Assembly: GCA_963797975.1 (NCBI GenBank)
Contig: CAWCRH010000002.1
Span: 112,524 to 176,523 of the forward strand
DNA: 64,000 nucleotides
Source of the DNA: an uncultured Thermoplasmata archaeon
GTDB lineage: Archaea; Thermoplasmatota; Thermoplasmata; Lutacidiplasmatales; UBA184
Direction of reading: 5' to 3'
Notes under the pieces: model-generated
The model's input: only the letters and a program-made list of their open reading frames with translations
Database searches by the model: none
What the model was told of the DNA's origin: nothing
Translations under genes and position numbers: made by a program
Part shown: positions 36,602-46,206 of the stretch, piece by piece
Position numbering within the stretch: position 1 is the first letter of the stretch
Layout of the letters: each line of letters opens with the position of its first letter

Positions 36602-38194
36602 ATGCCAGAAGTGGTCATCACGTGCGACTGGACGATGATGAGCAACCACAACGGAAAAGAGTTCCTCGGCTTCGGAACGACGACTCCGGCCTACGTGCTA
36701 CCCGAACGAGTCTACAAGCGGCTCTTCTTTCCCGAGATGCCCGTCGATGCCCATGGCTACCCCGTCCAGGCCCCCTACGGCATGCGCAAGATCGAGGCCT
36801 CGCTCATCGACGGCGGGTTCGACGCGCGCATCGTTCACCCCTCCCACCTGTCTCGGTACATGCCGGGAGAGGCGAAGGTACTCCTGATCTCGGGCCACGA
36901 TTACTTCGGCCTGAACCCACCCGCATCCACGTTCGGCGGCGTGATGCACAAGGAACCGCTCAACTGCGTGAACTTCAAACGGATGATGTCCCAGCCGGCC
37001 GTCGTCGAGGCACGCCGACGGGGCATGAAGATCATCGCCGGGGGCCCGTGTGCCTGGCAGATCGCGCCCCCGACGCGCATGAAGCTCCCGTGGATCCAGG
37101 AGTTCGTCGACTCGTTCGGCGGCGTCGACTCGGTCGTGGAAGGGGAGGGCGACATCTACGTACGGGAGATCGTCCGTAAGGCCCTCGCCGATGAGTTTCT
37201 TCCCCCTCACGTGATCCTCGGCGCGAAGGAGGCGCCGAAGGTAGAGCAGATCTCATCGATCAAGTACCCCAGCGTCAACGGCCTCGTCGAGATCGGTCGC
37301 GGATGCTGCCGCGGCTGCTCCTTCTGTTCGGTCACCACGCGACCTACGCGCTGGTACGGGCTCGAGAAGATCGAGGAGGAGCTCAAGGTCAACGCGGCGA
37401 TCGGGGTTCGAAAGGGGATTCTTCACTCGGACGATGTCTTGTTCTACGGCAGTCCCAACATCATGCCGCGCGAGGAGAAGCTCATCCCCCTCCTCAAGCT
37501 CGCCAAGCGCTACTATGAGCAGGTCGGCTGGAGCCACGTGGCGATCGCCACGCTGATGACCAAGCCGAAACTGCTCCCGAAGTGCGCCGAGGTCCTGATC
37601 GACGACAAGCAGGGTTGGTGGGGCGTCGAGGTCGGTGTGGAGACGGGCTCTCCCCACATGATCACGGCCGCCATGCCGGGCAAGGTCGCCCCCTTCAAGG
37701 CCTCCCAGTGGCCCGAGCTCGTCGTGCAGGCCGCCGGTCTGATGAACGACAATCACGTCTATCCCGCGTGCACCTTCATCGTGGGGCTGCCGCAAGAGAC
37801 CGAGGACGACGTCATCCGGACGATCCAGCTCATCGATGACCTGTGGGACTTCAAGGGCCTGCTCGTGCCCATGTTCTTCGTTCCGCTCGGGCACCTGAAG
37901 TCGCGGGACTGGTTCCGACGCGACATGCTGAGCCCGGTGCAGGAGGAGCTGTTGAAGCGGGCCCTGAGCCACGGGCTACGGCAATCGAAGGGACTGCTGA
38001 ACGACTTCTTCGACTGGGAGGGTGCGCACACCCACGCCTACCGCGCCGCCTTCCGCGCGTTCATTGGGCTGCTCGATTTTACGGCGAAGACCCGCGGCCT
38101 CTGGAGCGAGCCCACGCGCCCAGCGCGGTCGATCGAGGACCCGAACCTGCACCCGGACCGGATCCCGATCCCGACCATCCCCGTGCGTGAGTAG
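36602..38194 (+). CDS. radical SAM protein with an N-terminal domain whose length and position fit a B12-binding-like domain
   Basis: CX3CX2C cluster in EIGRGCCRGCSFCSV at about residue 230. 530 aa. ATG 36602 chosen inside ORF 36500..38194. Confidence 0.85.
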   Translation: MPEVVITCDWTMMSNHNGKEFLGFGTTTPAYVLPERVYKRLFFPEMPVDAHGYPVQAPYGMRKIEASLIDGGFDARIVHPSHLSRYMPGEAKVLLISGHDYFGLNPPASTFGGVMHKEPLNCVNFKRMMSQPAVVEARRRGMKIIAGGPCAWQIAPPTRMKLPWIQEFVDSFGGVDSVVEGEGDIYVREIVRKALADEFLPPHVILGAKEAPKVEQISSIKYPSVNGLVEIGRGCCRGCSFCSVTTRPTRWYGLEKIEEELKVNAAIGVRKGILHSDDVLFYGSPNIMPREEKLIPLLKLAKRYYEQVGWSHVAIATLMTKPKLLPKCAEVLIDDKQGWWGVEVGVETGSPHMITAAMPGKVAPFKASQWPELVVQAAGLMNDNHVYPACTFIVGLPQETEDDVIRTIQLIDDLWDFKGLLVPMFFVPLGHLKSRDWFRRDMLSPVQEELLKRALSHGLRQSKGLLNDFFDWEGAHTHAYRAAFRAFIGLLDFTAKTRGLWSEPTRPARSIEDPNLHPDRIPIPTIPVRE

Positions 38195-38202
38195 GCCCGC
38201 GT

Positions 38203-38700
38203 CTACTCGTGTCGGTGGACGGCCCGCACCGGGCGGCCGTCGCCCGGGATCCCCTCGACCTGTCCGTCCGGGGCGATCACGTCGAACCGCGTAGGGTTCC
38301 CGTTGCCGTCGTACGCTCGCCACGAGCTGGGACCGAACGGCGCCCCGAGGATGATGTGCCGGCGCCCCCAGTTGCGGAAGAGACGGATATCCGCATCCGA
38401 AGCGTGCAACGCGCCCGACGGATGAGAGTGCACCGTGCCTACGATCGCCAGGTCGGCCGGAAGCATGTAGAATTGGAAGTTCGCATGGCGGCGCCCCGCC
38501 GTGGTTCCCGGAAGCAGTAACAGCTCTGAGATCACGCCCGGCGGGTCGGCGCGCAGCATCCCGCCGAATTCGTTGGGGTAGGCGCTCCGAGCGCTCGCCA
38601 GTACGCTATCGAGCAGGTCTCGGGTAACGAGCGTGGGTGTGGACCCGACCCGAGCGCCGGGCGGCCCCGTCCGTTTACGCTGAGGGCGGAACATCGGCAT
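38203..38700 (-). CDS. JAB1/MPN/Mov34 (JAMM) metalloprotease
   Basis: NEFGG Glu plus HSHPSGALHASDAD (HxHx7Sx2D). Confidence 0.8.
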   Translation of the reverse strand: MPMFRPQRKRTGPPGARVGSTPTLVTRDLLDSVLASARSAYPNEFGGMLRADPPGVISELLLLPGTTAGRRHANFQFYMLPADLAIVGTVHSHPSGALHASDADIRLFRNWGRRHIILGAPFGPSSWRAYDGNGNPTRFDVIAPDGQVEGIPGDGRPVRAVHRHE

Positions 38701-39563
38701 ATGTGCCGTTCTCCCGGTCGCTCTTCTCCATCGGCGACCACGGGAGGATCCCCTTTCCCTTGAGGTGGAAGAGATAGGAGGTATCGAAGCGGATGAACCG
38801 CGCTCGGCGGGGGGATCGGTAGACCACCACGGGCTCCTCTGCCGGGACGGCGATCTCCTCTTGGCCGTCGATGACCGCTACGGTCGCGAACGTCGTCTGC
38901 GCGGAGCGGATGGTCACCGTGTGGAGCGGGTCGATCACGATCGCCCGAGAGACGGCACGGAACGGAGCGATCGGGACGACCACGATCCCCTCCACGCCCG
39001 GCTCGACGATCGGACCGAGAGCGCTCATCGCGTAGCCGGTCGAACCGGTGGGCGTCGCGAGGATGATCCCATCCGCCTGGATGCGACCGAGTCGCTGGCC
39101 GTCCAGGTCGATCTCGAACTGGCCCATCCGGGCGGGATGGGCGCAGTGGATCACGACCTCGTTCATCGCATCCGGAACGATGGTCTTTCCCGCGCGAACG
39201 GCGACCTTCATCCGTTCGTCCACAAAGTAGCGGCCCCCCACGAGCCTCTCCAGAGCCTCATCGACCGCCGGGCGGTCCCGGCCGTCCACCTCCGCGAGCA
39301 CGCCGAGCGTGCCCGCGTTGATGGCGAGCACCGGGGCCTGGGTCCGACGGAGGGTGGCAAGGAAGGTCCCATCTCCCCCGATCGCCACGATCGCGTCCGG
39401 GTCGATGGTTTCGACGGGCCGAAGGGGGACCGGCCAACGCGAATCGTCCTCGAGGGCGTCGGAGATCGAGAGGTCGGCGCGGGTGCTGAGGAACGCCGCC
39501 GCAATGTGAGCGAGCTCGATGGCAGACCGGCTTCCGCGGGTTCGCGACCAGGCCGACCTTCAT
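38675..39563 (-). pseudogene. nadK: NAD kinase, reading frame broken after codon ~14 (frameshift or assembly indel)
   Basis: The body carries GGDGTFL and the rest of the NAD kinase fold in ORF 38675..39388. The typical N-terminus MKVGLVANPRKP is in another frame, starting at ATG 39563, which overlaps the upstream stop as ATGA. Confidence 0.8.
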
Positions 39564-40372
39564 GCCCTTCCCTCCCCCGACGTCGCTCGGGCGAAAGCTG
39601 GATCCCCCCATGCGAACAGGCTCGTCCGCCGGTCGACCGTGAGCGGAAAGCGGTCAATCGGACGGCCCTCCGCGTCGCTCGCTCCGCCGCCCGCTTCCAA
39701 GAGGATCCGATAGGCTGCGGCGATGTCGGTGGCGCGCAGGTTGAGCGATTCTGCTCGATTATCGAAGAGGTAGGCGTCGCCCGCCCCCTCGGCGACCTGG
39801 GCCATCTCCAGAGACGCACACCCGAGCGCGCGGATCCGCCGCGCCCGGCGTGCCCGCTCCACGGCCCGGTCCATGGTGTCCCGCGCGAGGTTGATGAAGA
39901 CCAGGTCCGAGCGTGAGTTCCACGGACGCACGTGGATCGCCCGGCCGTTGCGGAAGGCGCCCTGGCCTCGGACCGCCCAATACGTAGTCCGGCGGTAGAG
40001 GTCGTGGACCACTCCCATATCGATCCCGCCCAGCGTCTCTCGCCCGAGGGCCATCGATACCGATGCAAAGGGGAGCTCGTGGAGCGCGTTATGGCTCCCA
40101 TCGATCGGGTCCACGACCAGCAGAGGGCCTCCGCCACGCCTAACCAAGCCGATCTCTTCGCTGAGGAAATCCCAGTTCACGCCCTCCGTGTCCAGGCAAT
40201 CGAGCACGGTCTGTTCGGCGGCCTGGTCGATCCGTTCGGTGGGAGAGCCCGACGCGCCCATGCCGACGACATCGGCGCGGTGGGGCGAGCCGGAGACCTG
40301 ACGAACGACCCCTTCCACAGCCCCCGTGATGCGGAAGAGGACCTCGAGGTCCGCGGACGGGTCCCCGGTCAT
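39560..40372 (-). CDS. suhB: inositol monophosphatase / FBPase-family phosphatase (possible NADP phosphatase)
   Basis: LSEEIG, VVDPIDGSHNAL and ATDIAAA motifs of the IMPase family. Confidence 0.85.
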   Translation of the reverse strand: MTGDPSADLEVLFRITGAVEGVVRQVSGSPHRADVVGMGASGSPTERIDQAAEQTVLDCLDTEGVNWDFLSEEIGLVRRGGGPLLVVDPIDGSHNALHELPFASVSMALGRETLGGIDMGVVHDLYRRTTYWAVRGQGAFRNGRAIHVRPWNSRSDLVFINLARDTMDRAVERARRARRIRALGCASLEMAQVAEGAGDAYLFDNRAESLNLRATDIAAAYRILLEAGGGASDAEGRPIDRFPLTVDRRTSLFAWGDPAFARATSGEGRA

Positions 40373-40435
40373 GACCGCCGGACCGGGCCCCGGGTAAAGA
40401 GCGCTTTGCTTCCCCCGACGGCCGGTGTCGGGATG

Positions 40436-40443
40436 AACTTAAG
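40436..40443 (+). promoter_or_regulatory. TATA-like box (AACTTAAG)
   Basis: AT-rich octamer about 27 nt upstream of ATG 40467. Confidence 0.3.
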
Positions 40444-40466
40444 TGAGGGTCCCGCTCCGCGAAGCG

Positions 40467-41699
40467 ATGGACCTCCAATTCCTCGGTGGCGCGTCCGAGA
40501 TCGGCTCGCTCGGCCTCGTCGTCCGTGACCAAGGCCGGACCTTGCTCTTTGATTACGGCATGACGCCGAGCGACCCTCCTTCCTACCCGCGGCCGGCTCC
40601 GCTCAACGTCGATGTCGCCGTGCTCTCGCACGCGCATCTCGACCACTCCGGCATGACACCGCTCCTGAGCCGACTACCGCGGGCTCGGATCGTGATGACC
40701 CCCGTGACGCTCGCCCTTGCGGACCTCCTCACCCGGGACGCGCTCAAGATTGCGCGGCTTGAAGGCTATCTTCCCCCGTACCACACCACCGACATACGGT
40801 CCCTTCTGGCACGGTCCACCGCGATCGAGCAGCGCGAGGTCTACCGTCATCACGGCATCGAGCTCGAGCTCACGCCCGCCGGGCACATCCCGGGAGCGTG
40901 CATGTTCCTCTACCGAGGAGCGAAGGACCTTCTCTTCACCGGGGATGTGCAGACGATCGCCACGCGGCTGGTCGGACCCGCGGAACCGCTCGAGTGTGAT
41001 GTCCTCGTCCTGGAGTCGACCTACTCCGGCCGGGAGCACCCGAATCGCGACGAGACCGAGCGAAGGTTCCGCGACCGCATCCGCGCGACGGTGGAGCGGG
41101 GCGGCAAGGCGATCGTCCCCGCGTTCGCCGTCGGTCGCGCCCAGGAGGTGCTCATGACGCTCGCGAGCTCGGGATTCGAAACGTACCTGGACGGGATGGC
41201 GAGAACGGTCAACCAAATCTACGAAAGCGCGCCCGAGTATCTCGCCCATCCGAACAAGTTCCGTCGTGCGCTCGAAGGAGTGCACATCGTTACCTCTCCG
41301 ACGGAAAGGCGCAAAGCGACCCGGGAGGCCGAGGTCATTGTCACGACCGGAGGGATGTTGGATGGAGGTCCCGTTCTCCACTACATCGGGGAGCTGTACA
41401 CGGACCCCAAGTCCTCCATCTTCCTGACCGGCTTCCAAGTGGAGGGCTCGAACGGTCGTCGCCTCCTGGAGGAAGGAACGATCGACGTGGACGGCCAGAC
41501 GATCCGCCCTATCTGCGAGGTCATGAAGTTCGATTTCTCCGCCCACGCATCCCATTCGGAGCTCGTGAAGCTCGCCAAGGCGACCCGGGCGAAGACGGTC
41601 GTCCTGATGCACGGGGACCAGCGCGAGGCGCTGCGCGATGAGCTCGCCCAGTTCTGTGATGTGGAGACGCCCGAAAACGGCCGCCTCTTCTCCGTGTAG
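40467..41699 (+). CDS. metallo-beta-lactamase / beta-CASP ribonuclease (aCPSF2-like, no KH domains)
   Basis: MDLQFLGGASEIGS and the HxHxDH motif SHAHLDHSG. About 410 aa. Confidence 0.85.
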   Translation: MDLQFLGGASEIGSLGLVVRDQGRTLLFDYGMTPSDPPSYPRPAPLNVDVAVLSHAHLDHSGMTPLLSRLPRARIVMTPVTLALADLLTRDALKIARLEGYLPPYHTTDIRSLLARSTAIEQREVYRHHGIELELTPAGHIPGACMFLYRGAKDLLFTGDVQTIATRLVGPAEPLECDVLVLESTYSGREHPNRDETERRFRDRIRATVERGGKAIVPAFAVGRAQEVLMTLASSGFETYLDGMARTVNQIYESAPEYLAHPNKFRRALEGVHIVTSPTERRKATREAEVIVTTGGMLDGGPVLHYIGELYTDPKSSIFLTGFQVEGSNGRRLLEEGTIDVDGQTIRPICEVMKFDFSAHASHSELVKLAKATRAKTVVLMHGDQREALRDELAQFCDVETPENGRLFSV

Positions 41700-41708
41700 G
41701 AGCGCCGG

Positions 41709-42044
41709 TTACGGTAATTCGACCCAGACCGTGCCGCTCTCGAGCTTCGTCGCATAGCGCGCCACGGGCGCGACGCCCCCCTCGGGCGGCTCGATCCCGA
41801 AGGGGTCCGCGAGCACCGCTCCGCTCATTACTTCGAACACCGCGCCGTGCAACGGGCAGGTGAGCCGGTCCCCGTCGAGCGTTCCATCCGAGAGTTGGCC
41901 GTCCCGGTGGGGACAATGGTCCGCGAGGGCGAAGACCTGGGCCCCCACTCGGGCCAGCACGATCTCCGTTCCCTCGACCTCCACCGACCGCGGCTGCCCG
42001 GGCAGGACGGAATCGGCGTTCACCCCGGTCGGATGCCACGGCAT
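41709..42044 (-). CDS. Rieske [2Fe-2S] ferredoxin-like protein
   Basis: CPHRDGQL ... CPLHGAVF. ATG 42044 chosen inside ORF 41709..42245. Confidence 0.8.
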   Translation of the reverse strand: MPWHPTGVNADSVLPGQPRSVEVEGTEIVLARVGAQVFALADHCPHRDGQLSDGTLDGDRLTCPLHGAVFEVMSGAVLADPFGIEPPEGGVAPVARYATKLESGTVWVELP

Positions 42045-42066
42045 CAGAAGGTCGAAGGCCACGGAG

Positions 42067-43196
42067 CTATTTACTGCGATTCGGCCGTTTCGGCCTCCGC
42101 TCGGGGGAGGACGACTCGCTCGATGGCGCGTCCGAGGGAGCGTCAAACGTAGGAGGTTCGAGTTCGTCGGTCGACGGCGGCGCTTCCTCCAGGGCCGGCC
42201 GGGGCTGCGCCGACTCGACCGCTCGGATGGCCCGGCGCAGTTCATCGAGCCCTTCCCCGGTAATCGCCGAGACCCTTAGCCGTCCCGAACCGCGGTCGGG
42301 AACGAGGTCGGACTTCGATTCCACCACGATGATCGGGCGTCCCGGTATCTCCTGTTGCCACCGAGCGAGGAGGCGTTCCTGCTCCTCGATCGAATAGCCG
42401 CTCGACTCCGAGGGGTCGATCACGAACAGGACCACGCTCGCGGCGCGCTCGACCGCGACGGCGGCCTCGCGCTCCGCCGGGTTTGAGCGGCCGGTGCGAC
42501 CCAGCACCCCGGGCGTGTCCAGGATCTGCCATCGGTCAACCCCGAGGTCGGCGTGGCCCACCTCGATCGCCAACGTCGTGAACGCATAGTCCGCCACCTT
42601 GGGATGCGCGCTCGACAACTGGGCGACGAGGGCGGATTTCCCGACGTTCGGAAAGCCGGCGACGACGAGCGTCGGCGCCCCGGCCTCGAGGTGCGGACGG
42701 TCCCTCAAGAACCGTTGGATCTCTCGGAGACGAGCAAGGTCAGGGTCGACCTCCCGGACATGGCTCGAGAGCCGGCCGTAGAACCGTCGGACCTCCTCGC
42801 CGTAGGTCGTCGAGTCTCCCCCGCGGAGAACCGCCCGCTCGGACTCCTGCTGGAGCCCGCGGATCCGTTGTTGCGCGCGGGAGACCCGCGTCAGGGACCG
42901 TTCGAGCGTGCCCATCCCGAAACGCGTAGCGACGAGCGTCGCATCGAACGGCGAGAACGATGCAGAGCGGAACGGCCGTGTCCAGGTACCTGAAGTTGGC
43001 GGATCACGGTCGCCCCACTTCGCACGACTTTCAGTCGCGCCCGGAGCCGGTCGCGCTCGGCCTTGCTGGACCCCCTCGGACTGGCGAGGGAGGCGCGGTG
43101 GAAGGCGACATCGAGGATCTCGACCGACGCTGGAGGGGCCGCAGGCGCTCCCCTTCGTGGACGGACGGTGCGCTTCAGGTTCCTCAGCCCCCCCAT
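42067..43196 (-). pseudogene. Nog1-type GTP-binding protein (COG1084-like), reading frame broken near 42950-43000
   Basis: The G domain (GFPNVGKSALV, DTPGV, ESKSD) is in ORF 42067..42915. The typical N-terminal domain (LRNLKRTV..VEILDVAFHRAS..KAERDRLRARLKVV) is in ORF 42891..43238, starting at ATG 43196. Confidence 0.75.
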
Positions 43197-43302
43197 AGGT
43201 CCGTCGTGCGCCCGCATATGCTTACCGGGCCGACCCAAAAGCGCGCGGACGTGCCAAGGGATTTATGCGCTCCCCCGCTCGCGAGCTCCCCGGAGCGGGT
43301 TC

Positions 43303-44685
43303 GTGGCACGTTGGATTCCCGACACGGAGCGCGAGGAGACGGCGATGCTCGCGGAGATCGGTCTATCGAAGGTCGACGAGCTGTTCGCCGATGTTCCTCG
43401 AAGGGCGCGCATCGGCCGGATGGGACTGGGGGGTGGGCTGAGCGAGTCGGAGGCAGTAGCGACCATCGACCGAATCCTCGACCGCAACCAACCGTACTCG
43501 AAGTTCGCGAACTTCCTCGGGGGTCGCCTGTCCGCCCGGTATGTCCCGGCAGCGGTGGATTCGATCCTCCAGCGGAGCGAGTTCTACACTGCGTACACTC
43601 CCTACCAACCCGAGGCGAGCCAAGGGATGCTCCAGAGCCTCTTCGAGTTCCAGAGCCTCTGGGTCGAGCTCACGGGGATGGACGTCGCGAATGCGTCGCT
43701 GTACGACGGCGCGACGGCCAGCGCCGAAGCCATGCTGCTCTGCCGCCGCATCCACGAAGGGAAACGGTTCCTGGTCCCGGAGAGCCTGCCGTGGGAAGAG
43801 CGTAGCGTTCTGGACAACTATGCCAGCGGCCAAGGCCTGCGGGTAGAGGCGATCCCGTTCGACCGGGAGACGTCGGAAATCGACCTGGGCCGATTGCGGA
43901 CGTTGATCGGGTCGGGTGATGTGTTCGGTGTGCTGGCCGACCTTCCGAACGGCTTCGGCCACCTGGACGAGGGGGTCACGGAGATCAAGTCCACTGTCGG
44001 CGACGTGCCGTTGGTCGTCCGGGCGGACCCGCTGGCCTTGACGGTTCTCGAGCCACCCGGAAACTACGGAGCCGATGTCGTGGTAGGCGAGGGTCAGCCC
44101 TTTGGCGTTCCGCTCTCCTACGGCGGCCCCCTCCTCGGCCTGTTCGCCTGTCGCCGCGAGCACACCCGCTTCACCCCTGGGCGGATCGTGGGCGCGACCC
44201 GCGACCGCGAGGGACGCCGGGCGTTCACCCTGACCCTGCAGACCCGCGAGCAGCACATCCGCCGTTCCCGTGCGACGTCGAACATATGCACCAACGAATC
44301 GTTGATCGCTCTCGCCTTCGTCGTCTATGCTTCGGTCGTGGGACCCAAGGGCCTCGTAGCGCTTCAACGGCGACTCTCGGAACAGGCCCACGCATTGGCC
44401 CAGGCGTTGGGGTCCGTAGAAGGGCTCCGGGCGCCGCGCTTCCGCGCTCCTCACCTCGGAGAGTTCACGATCGAGGTCACTCGGGGTAGCGCGCAGGCGT
44501 TCCTGGACGGACTACGCCGTCGCCGCGTCCTCGGGGGGATGCGGCTCGCGGACCCCCGGCCCAGTGCTCCCGCGCTGGCCGAGTGGGTCCTGGTCGCCGC
44601 CACGGAGACGACCGATGCGCGGGCAATCGCGCGTTACGCCAAGGCCGCACGCTCGACCCTTGCCAGCGCTCCGAGGCCCACGTGA
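43303..44685 (+). CDS. gcvPA: glycine dehydrogenase (decarboxylating) subunit 1
   Basis: [25 protein letters not shown] and [14 protein letters not shown]. In-frame GTG 43303 chosen inside ORF 43063..44685. Confidence 0.9.
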   Translation: MARWIPDTEREETAMLAEIGLSKVDELFADVPRRARIGRMGLGGGLSESEAVATIDRILDRNQPYSKFANFLGGRLSARYVPAAVDSILQRSEFYTAYTPYQPEASQGMLQSLFEFQSLWVELTGMDVANASLYDGATASAEAMLLCRRIHEGKRFLVPESLPWEERSVLDNYASGQGLRVEAIPFDRETSEIDLGRLRTLIGSGDVFGVLADLPNGFGHLDEGVTEIKSTVGDVPLVVRADPLALTVLEPPGNYGADVVVGEGQPFGVPLSYGGPLLGLFACRREHTRFTPGRIVGATRDREGRRAFTLTLQTREQHIRRSRATSNICTNESLIALAFVVYASVVGPKGLVALQRRLSEQAHALAQALGSVEGLRAPRFRAPHLGEFTIEVTRGSAQAFLDGLRRRRVLGGMRLADPRPSAPALAEWVLVAATETTDARAIARYAKAARSTLASAPRPT

Positions 44686-46149
44686 CGTTCCGGCAGGCCC
44701 GGTGGGACGAGCCCCCGGTACGGGAGCTCGGACCGGCGGAGGAGGCGCTCCCGGTCGACCCGATCGAAGGGGTCCCCGAACGCCTGCGCCGACGCGCCGC
44801 CGTTCGGTGGCCCGAGCTCGGCGAGCTCGATGTGTTGCGGCATTACACCCGGTTGAGCCAGATGAACTTCGGGATCGAGACGTCGACCTACCCCCTCGGC
44901 TCGTGCACGATGAAGTACAACCCCCGCGTCGGCGAGGTCCTGGCTCGACGGCGCCACGCAACGGAGCTCCATCCGGACCAACCGGAGGATACCGTGCAAG
45001 GGGCGCTCGAGATCCTCTGGCGACTCGAGCAGTTGCTCGTCAGGGTGACTGGGCTCCCTGAGATCTCTCTCCAGCCCGCCGCGGGAGCGCACGGCGAATA
45101 CTCGGCCCTCCTCATGGTCCGTGCCTACTATCACGACCGCGGGGAACTCGAGCGGCGTACCGAGGTCCTCTTGCCCGACACCGCTCACGGAACGAACCCG
45201 GCGTCGGCGGCGATGGCCGGGTTCGCCACGCGAGAGCTCCCGTCCACGAACGGCTGTGTCGACCTCAAGGCGCTTCGGGAAGCTGTCAGTGACCGCACTG
45301 CTTGTTTCATGCTCACGAACCCGAACACCGCGGGCCTCTTCGAAACGGATATCCTCGAGATCGCCGAGACGGTGCACGGCGCGGGCGGCTCCCTCTACTA
45401 CGACGGGGCGAATCTGAACGCCATCCTCGGCATCACCCACCCCGGGCGCATGGGATTCGATGTCGCGCACCTCAACCTGCACAAGACCTTCGCGACGCCC
45501 CACGGCGGGGGCGGACCCGGAGCCGTGCGTCCTGGCGGCCAACGCTACCTTCGGACCCTACCTGCCGATCCCGCGCGTGGTGAAGTCCGGGCGACGCTTC
45601 CACCTGGATTATGACCGGCCGAAGTCGATCGGCAAGATCAAGAGCGGGTACGGTAGCTTCGCTCTCGACCTGAGGGCGCTCGTCTTCGCCCTCGTTCATG
45701 GCGAAGAGGGCCTCAAACATGTGGCCCACCGCTCCGTGCTCAATTCGAACTACGCTGCCCACAAGCTCGGGGCGCACCTTCCGCGGCCGTTCCGACCGCT
45801 CGTCAAGCACGAATTCCTTCTCTCGGGCGCGCCTCTCAAGGAGCGGGGAGTGCGGACCCTCGACCTCGCGAAGCGGCTCCTAGACGAGGGGGTCCACGCT
45901 CCGACGATCTACTTCCCTTCCTTGGTCGAAGAGGCACTGATGATCGAGCTTCCCGAGAGCGAGAGTCGGCGAAGCGTCGACGCCTTCATCGCTGCCTTCG
46001 AACGGTCCCTCTCTGACACCCCAGAGAACCTGAGGACAGCGCCCCATGCGACATCCGTCGGGCGCATCGACGAGGTCGAAGCCGCCCGGCATCCCCTCCT
46101 TTCGTGGAAGGACCTGCGCGCGTCGGCGGCCGTCCCTCCTCCTGGCTAG
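44682..46149 (+). pseudogene. gcvPB: glycine dehydrogenase (decarboxylating) subunit 2, reading frame broken near 45505-45535
   Basis: PLP-lysine region [17 protein letters not shown] ends ORF 44583..45614 in frame. The conserved continuation ([23 protein letters not shown]..) is in ORF 45460..46149. GTGA overlap with gcvPA. Confidence 0.88.
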
Positions 46150-46206
46150 GTTCCACCCCGACGGTGGGGGCGCAACCTTGAAACCTCGCCATCACTAGAG
46201 CGGCCG

